Shown here: in pieces, positions 55,933 to 64,000 of the stretch
Layout: each line of letters opens with the position of its first letter
Position numbering within the stretch: position 1 is the stretch's first letter
Assembly (NCBI GenBank): GCA_965243135.1
Contig: OZ251539.1
Coordinates: forward strand, 5,888,001 to 5,952,000
From: Alphaproteobacteria bacterium
Lineage (GTDB): Bacteria; Pseudomonadota; Alphaproteobacteria; MPNO01; UBA830
Reading direction: 5' to 3'
Length of the DNA stretch: 64,000 nucleotides
Notes under the pieces: model-generated
Databases searched by the model: none
Seen by the model: only the letters and a program-made list of their open reading frames with translations
Told to the model about the DNA's origin: nothing
Translations under genes and position numbers: made by a program

Positions 55933-56976
55933 TCATTTTGCGAAAAATTCCGCAACAGGGTCTTGAATCCAATCGCCTTCGTAGGCCGCTTCCGGCATCC
56001 TGGCGTCGAAGTCGAGCCGCGCCTTGCGCCCGGTGCGCAGATCGATCGCGAAATTCCCGTATTCGCCCCAGCCCAAACATTGGACGCAGACCGCGGCGTA
56101 GAGCCGGTCGCCGTCCACCACCATGTCCGTCATTTTGAAGTACAGAACCTTCGCGCAACCGGAGGGAACGTCGTAGATCGACCGCCACGTTCCGGCCTTG
56201 CGGTCGAGCGCCAGCACCACGCCCCCGGTCTCGCTGCACGCTTCCGATCCCGTGATCTGAACGACGCTCCAAGAGCTCCGCGCGGCGGCGTTCGCATAAC
56301 CCGCGCCCTCGAACTCTGCCCCCGCGTCGCGAAGGGCGGCGAACTGCGCGCGCACAGTCGCGGCATCGAGCCTGCGCGCTTGCAGGGCGGTTATCGCCGT
56401 GCGGTAGGTTTCGCGTGCGCGGCGAAGGCCGCGCCACAGACAGGCACCGTCGTCGGCGACCAGGCGGTTCGCTCCCCACATGTCGCCCGGCTCGTCGTAG
56501 ACGGCGTCGCCCCACCCCTCGAAATGGAGCCGTTCGGGCGAGGCCGACCCCGGTTCGTCGGCCCAGACCTGGATCTCGTGGTACTGTCCCGCGGAAAGGT
56601 GGACGACGGCATGGTCGCGGTTGGTGGCGAGGTCGCGGCAGCGGAGGGCGAAACTCGCGGTATTCCAATCGCCGACGAGAGCGGAACGGCCGCCGCCGGC
56701 CTCGCGTCCGACAGCGCAACCGCCGTCCGAATTCCACAGCGCCAAGCCGGCTTCCCCGCCGCCGCCGGAAAAATCCCCGCGCAAGACCGCCCGGTTGTGT
56801 CCCGTTGCCCCGTCGCAAATGACGAAGTTACCTGTGTTCGGGTATTCCTTCCAGGACGACGGGGTCGCGACCGTGTCTCCGCCATCCTCCGCGCCGCCGC
56901 CGGAAGCAGGCGGCGCGAGGGCGGAGATGGCGGCAAATAGAAGGCCCATGACCGGCTTGAGGCGTATTGACGGCAT
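55933..56976 (-). CDS. Hypothetical secreted, Cys-containing protein
   Basis: Signal-peptide-like N-terminus; 347-aa ORF; no recognised domain. Confidence 0.65.
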   Translation of the reverse strand: MPSIRLKPVMGLLFAAISALAPPASGGGAEDGGDTVATPSSWKEYPNTGNFVICDGATGHNRAVLRGDFSGGGGEAGLALWNSDGGCAVGREAGGGRSALVGDWNTASFALRCRDLATNRDHAVVHLSAGQYHEIQVWADEPGSASPERLHFEGWGDAVYDEPGDMWGANRLVADDGACLWRGLRRARETYRTAITALQARRLDAATVRAQFAALRDAGAEFEGAGYANAAARSSWSVVQITGSEACSETGGVVLALDRKAGTWRSIYDVPSGCAKVLYFKMTDMVVDGDRLYAAVCVQCLGWGEYGNFAIDLRTGRKARLDFDARMPEAAYEGDWIQDPVAEFFAK

Positions 56977-57121
56977 GTCTTTACCCCCAATCATCAGTTC
57001 TGGGAGCCCTCCTCGGCAGCATCGTATTGTGCCATAATGCTATCGAATCATAACCTAGCCCAACCAGCGGACAGGACAGGGCCAGTTAGATGCTACGGGG
57101 CGAGCAGGCGCCGATCATGAG

Positions 57122-57505
57122 CGTTTGTCAACAGACGCTTGAGACAACTCGACGACGGGTCATGCGCCGTCCGAGGATTTCGGCTCCGTCCACCGGAGTT
57201 CAGTGGCACAGAAGCATCGCTGGACACCGCCGGACTTCCCGGCGTGCGGTACAGCGAACGCAAGAACTTGACCGGACTGAACAGCGTGGGTTTTCAATTG
57301 GAACGAATTGGTCGACAAGCGCTGCTGCCTGCGTTCAGGCCACGTTCCGGCTCGCCCCGAGTCTACGGCGCGTAGGCGCAGCAACCACATATCCGCTTTT
57401 TGTTCCACATTCTGAGCGTCCGCGAGGCCCTTGCGGGCCCGTCGGCGGGCGGAGCGGCGAACCGACAAACCGACAAAAAAATGGCTCAGCGCAAACGGCT
57501 CTCCT
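57122..57505 (+). repeat. Composite non-coding module (left part like 35430-35530, right part like 16469-16645)
   Basis: By-eye alignment of shared sequence blocks. Confidence 0.72.
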
Positions 57506-57533
57506 TGACACGCCAGCCGATCCGCTCCATAAT
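57505..57533 (+). promoter_or_regulatory. Near-consensus sigma70 promoter
   Basis: TTGACA-N17-CATAAT, followed by RBS ggagaagga and ATG 57592. Confidence 0.75.
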
Positions 57534-57591
57534 TATCCGCGATAGGGGGGCTTCTTGCGCTTTACTTCGGGGTTTGATAGGGAGAAGGAAA

Positions 57592-60582
57592 ATGAAATGC
57601 ACCAAGCTCAATTTTATAAGGTTCGAAAATAAAATTCTAGAATCTTATGTATTTCCGAAAATTACCAAACTCAATCCTACTAATATATTTAAGAAACTTC
57701 TATTTTTTTCTTTTTTTCTGATCCTTTCGACATCGCAGGTGAAACCTGAAGCCGTCACTATAGCCAGTATTTTGACGTTTTCTAAGATGGCAGTTAATTT
57801 AATAGATGGGAATCCTGAAAGGGAAATTCTGGCTGGGAATAGGGAAATATTGAAGGGGGTAACTTATAAATTAAATAACATGGAGGACAGGTTAATTAGT
57901 ATTCAACAACTAATAATTGATATGCCGGAAAGTATATCTAAAATATTAGATGTTCATGAGATAAAAAAACTAAACCAGGAGCTCCAAGAAATCATGCAGA
58001 GAATAGAATTTGACAGAGGCGAGTTGATTAGAGATATAGATGCTAAAATATTTTTAGCATGGCACAAATATTACGACAAGTTAATCGAAGTAAAAAAGCA
58101 GCTTGAGCTTATACTAAGAAAATTGAAAGTTCAAGAATATAATAATGACATGATCGCAATGCTTGCACGCTCAGCAACGTATGGAATGCTTATACGGGTC
58201 CATGAAGAGATCATATCGATCAACAAGAAGTTTCTTTATTTTGATGAAAATACAGTAAAAATGATGGGTTTTTATAACGATATAAACGAAAGAAAAAAGA
58301 TATTAGAAGCTAGGCAAAGCTATCGGCACTCTCTCGCAGCATCAGCCTATAATGACACAAAAAAATCTCTAGAAGACCCGCTTTTCAACGAAATAAAAAG
58401 GCGAATCAACGAGCTGAGATTGTGGCAAGAAACCAACGGCTATTTCCACCAAATATTCCCATCATTTAGATCTTGGATATTGAAATTTCCAAGCTACCAG
58501 GTAGCAGTGGAGACAACTAGAAGAAATTTTAACAGGATTGGGAGGTTATTGCTTAGGATTTGCCCCCAGAAAGGCCTCCGTAAAAGACTAACATCTCAAG
58601 AGATAGAAAGGTTGCTAATGAGGTCATATGAACCTACTCCACCTAGGGAGAACGCTATTTTATATAGAAAAGATTTGTTTAAGAAAATAAAGAATATTGT
58701 GCAAAACTGCCGTGGTGGTTTTGGAGGAGATATTTTAGATATTAAGAATTGGCAGTCTTTTCCAGTGACCTATCAACAACCCTCGGAAGGCGATAATCCG
58801 ATATCTTGGAAACATCGTACGCCACTTGTAGAAGGAAATTTGAAGTTTAAGCGGTACTACAACTCAGTGGGGTTTTGGAAATTCTGGGATAAATGGATAG
58901 GGAATCCATATATTTTACAATCGCCACCTAATATATATAGTATTGAACAGAGGCAATACGAAGTGGAGCGATTAATTCATGTAATATCTCGCCCAAAATC
59001 AACAAAATCAGATGTCGAAACAAGGGTGGAATTTCGCCCAGGATTCATGGCACCACTATCGAAACGAGTTCACGAAGAACTTAGCGAAGAGTTTAAATCC
59101 TGCAATCGCTCCCATGATGATCAATTTTACAATCAAGACGTATGCGGGTGGTCCCCTATTGATGAAAAGCGGGTCTGGTGGGATGGTCGAAAAGGTTTTG
59201 AAGTTAGTTATTTAGAGGCCTACGATGTTCGAAAACAAGCCAAGGAGCGCACCAAGGAGCACATGGTAGACTTGAGTACGGTTTGTTTTGCTCCACTTCG
59301 ACCATCAATAAGAAGTTCTTGGAACCAAATTGTTCTCAGACTTGATCGAATAAAGATTGATCTACCGAAGGCAACGCTTGTAAGAGGGCGGGGGTGTGTT
59401 CGTGACCACATCGGCATCCCTTTTCCAAAGCAGTGGAGAAGGTTGCATCCGGAGCGTTGGGTCGATTTCTATAACGGCCATATGGCTGCTATAGAGTTCG
59501 CGTTACATGTCCAAGTAACAATGGAGCATAACTATCTGCGTTTTCTGAAATATTTTTCACGGTTAAAAATGGGGGAAAATCCAGAACTAGGGCACATTAT
59601 TGATCCTAGGGGTGTCGCTGAGTTGATTGCCCAACAACAAAATGCGGATCAGGCAATCGAGATGTTGGAACTTCTTGCACAAAATGATCGCAGCAAGTTG
59701 ACGGACAAATGGATTTCAACCACAATAAAGCAAACGGGAGAACGGATCGAAGATGAGGAACAGAAAGCGAAATTTGCGGCAAATCTCAAACTGTTTCTTT
59801 TTGCCGCGGAAACTGCCTCTAACATTGTTGATAATAGTACTACGGAGCGTACCGAGGTTGAGGAAGAGTTGGGGCGTGTTGAGGAAGAGTTGGGGCGTGT
59901 TGGGGAAGAGTTGGGGCGTGTTGGGGAAGAGTTGGGGCGTGTTGGGGAAGAATCGGCTGTCATTATTGAGATCGAGAATTCGAAGAATATAGATACTATC
60001 GTCGAAGATTTAACAAGACTTTCACCATCCCTAAAAGGGGGAGCGACAGCAATAGATGAACCAGGCATTAAGGCGAGCACACCATTGTTGAACATATTTG
60101 GGGCAGCGAAATTGGGAAAAACAGTTACTGTTATTGTTGTACATAGGGCTAAAGGTATATCTAAAACAGTAGCACGTTTTTGGATAAAGAAAGTCAACGA
60201 AGGGAAGACAATCTTGCTAGCTCGAAAAATCGGAACTGCTGGAAAGGGGGGGGTTATTAAAATTCCGAGGATGGAGAATATCGAAAGTTTGTCAAGAACG
60301 AGCTCAGGAAAAATTTTTGAAAAATTAAATCAGGCGATAAACCATGGAAAATCAAGGGTGAAATTTGATAACAAGCTCACCTTTAATCAAATAACGCAAT
60401 TGGGACAGAAATTTTTGTGCGGTGGACAAAAAGGATGCGTGGCTAGAACTGGTCGAACAAAATACGGTGGTGTATGGATGCAGCATCGAAATAGAAAATT
60501 CCGCATAGGAGTTAAAAAAGCAGGCCTTGAGGCAAATTTTGAAAACCTTAAAACTGGATCAAATGTGCATTATCGTCCCTGA
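57592..60582 (+). CDS. AT-rich 996-aa putative secreted toxin/effector
   Basis: Hydrophobic signal-like segment, coiled coil, EELGRV repeats, basic C-terminal domain ending EANFE..SNVH; ORF is clear, function is inferred. Confidence 0.75.
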   Translation: MKCTKLNFIRFENKILESYVFPKITKLNPTNIFKKLLFFSFFLILSTSQVKPEAVTIASILTFSKMAVNLIDGNPEREILAGNREILKGVTYKLNNMEDRLISIQQLIIDMPESISKILDVHEIKKLNQELQEIMQRIEFDRGELIRDIDAKIFLAWHKYYDKLIEVKKQLELILRKLKVQEYNNDMIAMLARSATYGMLIRVHEEIISINKKFLYFDENTVKMMGFYNDINERKKILEARQSYRHSLAASAYNDTKKSLEDPLFNEIKRRINELRLWQETNGYFHQIFPSFRSWILKFPSYQVAVETTRRNFNRIGRLLLRICPQKGLRKRLTSQEIERLLMRSYEPTPPRENAILYRKDLFKKIKNIVQNCRGGFGGDILDIKNWQSFPVTYQQPSEGDNPISWKHRTPLVEGNLKFKRYYNSVGFWKFWDKWIGNPYILQSPPNIYSIEQRQYEVERLIHVISRPKSTKSDVETRVEFRPGFMAPLSKRVHEELSEEFKSCNRSHDDQFYNQDVCGWSPIDEKRVWWDGRKGFEVSYLEAYDVRKQAKERTKEHMVDLSTVCFAPLRPSIRSSWNQIVLRLDRIKIDLPKATLVRGRGCVRDHIGIPFPKQWRRLHPERWVDFYNGHMAAIEFALHVQVTMEHNYLRFLKYFSRLKMGENPELGHIIDPRGVAELIAQQQNADQAIEMLELLAQNDRSKLTDKWISTTIKQTGERIEDEEQKAKFAANLKLFLFAAETASNIVDNSTTERTEVEEELGRVEEELGRVGEELGRVGEELGRVGEESAVIIEIENSKNIDTIVEDLTRLSPSLKGGATAIDEPGIKASTPLLNIFGAAKLGKTVTVIVVHRAKGISKTVARFWIKKVNEGKTILLARKIGTAGKGGVIKIPRMENIESLSRTSSGKIFEKLNQAINHGKSRVKFDNKLTFNQITQLGQKFLCGGQKGCVARTGRTKYGGVWMQHRNRKFRIGVKKAGLEANFENLKTGSNVHYRP
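59857..59951 (+). repeat. 21-bp VNTR (4.5 units) encoding V(E/G)EELGR
   Basis: gttg(a/g)ggaagagttggggcgt tandem copies. Confidence 0.93.
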
Positions 60583-60606
60583 TCAAATTGGTAAAGGCTG
60601 TGAAAT

Positions 60607-60750
60607 ACAAGCGTTCGCTCGTCCAGTGACGGTCTATTCGTTGAGGATCCGCTTCCAGTCCCGCCGGGTGCAAATCTGATATGTAAGCGTTCGCTACCCG
60701 GGTGATGGTCTGCGATTAAGGATCTTCTTCCAGCCCCGCCGCAGGGGCTC
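60607..60750. mobile_element. Two IS66-DUF4338 end remnants
   Basis: aagcgttcgctc.. and gtaagcgttcgctacccgggtgatg.. matching 29420-29490. Confidence 0.75.
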
Positions 60751-60842
60751 ACGGCGATTTTATTCTCCCCAAGAAAACCTTTTATTAACGCGACGTTAGC
60801 TGCCGAATCCGGCCCTCTGTACATTTTAGTGTACCAGCTCGT

Positions 60843-62557
60843 CAGTCTTTTGGGTGGAGAATCCAACAAAATCATACGGTTACAAGGTGGCATGGACATT
60901 CGGGAGTCGATTCGGTAAACGTCGACCATCTTCCCGGAGGTTTGCATGTTGCATGGAATCGTCGTCGAACCTGCGAAGGACGAAGAGCGTTTCCAGAGGC
61001 AGGCCCATCTGGGCGCGCTGCCGAAGATCGGCGAAACGCTATGGTATGTCGCTCGTTGGCGCGACGAATGGGTGGCGCTGATCGGCTTTTCGTCACCAGC
61101 GTTGAAGTGCCGCGCACGAGATGCCCGGTTGGGATTTTCGAATTCACGGCTGCATCTCGTGACCAACAACAGCCGGTTCCTTATTTTGCCGGGTTGGCAC
61201 CGTCCCAACCTGGCGTCTCGCTTGCTTTCGCTGTGCGAACAACGCCTCGCGTTGGCCGAAGCGTTTCGGCCACCCGTTGTTGCTTCTGGAAACCTTTGTC
61301 GACCGCTTCCAAGGCACGATTTATCATGCGGCGAACTGGCGATGTCTCGGCCGCACGCGGGGCTTTCGCCGCTACCGCGACGGCTACAAGCCGAGCACCC
61401 CCAAACTCGTCTTCGTTCGCCCCCTGGTTCCGAACGCCCGAACGCGGTTGAACGCCACCGGCCCCGTCTACCGTCACGGAGAGCCCAAGATCAACGCCGC
61501 AATGATGAATGCTTTGTACTTCGCCGATATTCCCCCGTCGGGGTCAGGGGAAGCGCCATCCTCTTGCCACTGTACTGGCGCTTGCGACCGGTGCCGCGTT
61601 GTGCGGCATGCGCAGCTTCCTGGCCATGGGGGAATGGGCGGAGGATCTTGGTCAGAAGGGACGCGAACGGTTCCGCTGCAGGTATCGTGGAAAGCGCTAC
61701 CACGTACCCAGCATGAGCACCCGATGTGCTGATTCGTGTCGACCCCGACAAACTCGACGCTGCTTTGAGGCAGTTCAACGCCGACTACGGCCTGGAAGAT
61801 TCGGCCTACGCGATCGACGGCAAGACACTGCGCGGCGCAATCGACGATGAAGGCAATAAGGTCCATGTCCTCAGTGCCGTCGGTCATTGTACGGCTACCA
61901 CGCATGTCCAGAAAAAGGTTGGGAAACTGCCGGCCGGGGACGAAGTCAAGCAAACCAACGAGATCGGCATGGTCATCCCCATGCTGGAGGAAATCAAGGC
62001 CGATCTCTCCGGCAAGACCTTTACTGTCGACGCCCTGCTGACGCAGAGAAAGCTGGCCAAGTATCTTGGCGAACGAGGTGCTTTCTACGTCTTCACCGTC
62101 AAGGGAAATCAGCCGAACTTGCTTGCCGATCTCGAACTTCTCTTCAGGGACAGAGGCGAACCCGACTTCCGGGAAGGACCGGATCTGGAACATGGCCGAA
62201 TCGAAGAACGAATGGACCTCCACCGAACTCAACGACTATCTCGACTTTCCCGGCGTCGGTCAGGCTTTCGTTGCGCAATGTCATCGTCAAAAAAACTGGC
62301 AAGCAGGAAGTGGTCTATGGGATCACAAACCACACTCCCGAGACCGCAACCCCTGCCCAAGTGCTTGCACCGCGGTCACTGGACGGTCGAAAACAGCAGC
62401 CACTACGTACTGGAATTGGGACGAGGACCGTCAGCAAATCCGCACCGGTCACGGCCCCGAGAACGCCTCACGGCTACGCCGTTTCGCCATTGGGCTAGCC
62501 AAGCACGCCTGCGTCGCTTCCGCTATCCGGCGCCTCCAAAGAAGTCCTCGGCTAGTC
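60843..62557 (+). pseudogene. DUF4338-fused ISAs1 transposase, frameshifted and truncated by IS4
   Basis: LETFVD..GTIYHAANW; AIDGKTLRG, TNEI, VDALLTQ, VKGNQP, EHGRIE, RGHWTVEN, WDEDR. Confidence 0.85.
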
Positions 62558-64000
62558 CTGCCTGTCCCCCACAAATCGATACTAGACTTTTTGGTGCCGA
62601 TTCGCTACGGTGCCCGGCATGGAGTTCCAGAACCAAGTCATCCGCAGTCTTCGCAGCGACCTCGCCCGGCTGCAAGGGCTGACCGGGACCAGCCGCAGCC
62701 AGCTGGTTGATCGGGTTTGCGCGGAGTTCGGGTTCCGGGACGCCCGTGGTCGCTGGCAACGCATGACCTGCCTGAAGGCCCTGACCGTTTTGGAGGCGGA
62801 AGGGCTTGTTTCGTTGCCGCCGTGTCGCAGCGTTCGGCAGCGTCGGCGGCGTGTTGTCGATCCGGTGGCGCCGGCGCACGGCGTGCCGGACGCGGTCGGC
62901 GCGGTCGAGGATTTGAAACTGGTTCTGGTGACAAACGCACAGCAGCGCACGATCTGGGACGGGGGCGCACGAGCATCCGCGTGGCGCAGGGCCGTTCGTA
63001 GGTTGTCAGGTGCGTTGTTGGGTCCGCGCATGGCTGGCTGGGAGCTGTCGGGTTTGCGGCCTCGGCGCGCTGGCTGGCCTGTCGCGACCGTCGGTTGGGA
63101 CGACGACAGACGGCGCGCTTGTTTGCACCGGGTAGTCGGTCTGTGTCGTTTTCTGATCCGGCCCGGGGTGTCGTGCCGTAACCTCGCCTCACATGTTCTG
63201 AACCGCGTGGTCCACAGGAAACGACTTCGAGGCGCGCTACGGCTACTGCCCGTATCTGCTGGAGACCTTCGTCAATGAGGACAAGCATACGGGAGCGAGC
63301 TTCCAGGCCGCAAACTGGCGGTGGGTGGGAAAGACCAGCGGTCGCGGTCGCCGAGGGCGTGCGGCGGAGGCACCGAAAGCGGTGTACATGTATGAACTGG
63401 ATGCGGGATGGCGGGAGCATCTGCGGGTACCGCGTCTTGTGCCGCTGGAGGTCGGAGCCGGCCTGGACCGGGAGAACTGGGCGGAACAAGAGTTCGGCGG
63501 CGCGCCGCTGGGGGATGCGCGTCTGAGCGCGCGTCTGGTGACTTGCGCCCGCCATCAGGCGGATGCGCCGATGCGAGCGTTCACAGGCGCTGCGAGAGGG
63601 GATCGGGCTTTGATAAAGGCTTACTACCGTCTGCACGCCGGACAGGGATGCGGTCACGGTGGAGAATATCCTGCAACCGCATCGACGCCAGACGCTGCGG
63701 CGGATGCAAGGGGAGAAGACGGTGCTGTGCGTGCAGGACAGCAGCACGTTGAACTTCGCGAAGCGGGGAAAGACCGAAGGCTTGGGCATCATCGGGACGA
63801 ACCAGACCGGTGCCGGAGCCCGAGGCCTGAACCTGCACGCTATGATCGCGGTCAACACGGAGGGGCTGCCGCTGGGGGTTCTGCGGGCAGCGTTCGACGC
63901 GCCGCAGCCGGGCGCGGAGAAGAACAAGCCTCGCGAGGAGAAGAAGTCGTACCGCTGGATCGAGGGTCTTCGGGACAGCGCCGAGGCTGCTTCTGCACTC
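62558..64000 (+). mobile_element. Second IS4-DUF4338 element (left part, runs off window), frameshifted
   Basis: End ctgcctgtcccccacaaat after ggctagtc; MEFQNQV start; strong similarity to 28887-29228 and 37878-38910. Confidence 0.87.

Overview
GC-rich alphaproteobacterial (Rhodospirillales-like) chromosome segment. The intact housekeeping backbone is pstB-pstA-pstC-phoR, maeB-mutS, bfd-glnD-murJ-trpS-TSUP-TIGR02186-usp, a cell-envelope enzyme cluster, and tsaB-rimI-tusA-mucR-fur-olsB-like-plsC-miaB-phoH-ybeY-corC-lnt. Three accessory regions interrupt it. (1) About 10.2-17.5 kb: a 5-kb island bracketed by a ~165-bp duplication of the mutS 3' end carries a three-gene operon with two single-motif PLD-like (HDRF) proteins and a large helical protein. 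An HTH-PD-(D/E)XK nuclease gene and a nucleotidyltransferase TA-like pair follow. (2) About 25.6-41.6 kb: an NYN RNase behind a promoter/short-RNA/terminator leader, a ubiquitin-like/E2/truncated JAB-E1 operon, and a four-level nest of mobile elements whose boundary duplications are all readable (IS4-DUF4338 > dual tyrosine-integrase/MobF element > IS66-DUF4338 > mini-RIT). (3) About 55.6-64 kb: a secreted hypothetical protein, an AT-rich ~1000-aa toxin-like protein, and DUF4338-bearing ISAs1 and IS4 pseudogenes. A dispersed non-coding promoter-bearing module links the three regions. No tRNA, rRNA or CRISPR array was seen. Family assignments come from motif recognition, not database searches.
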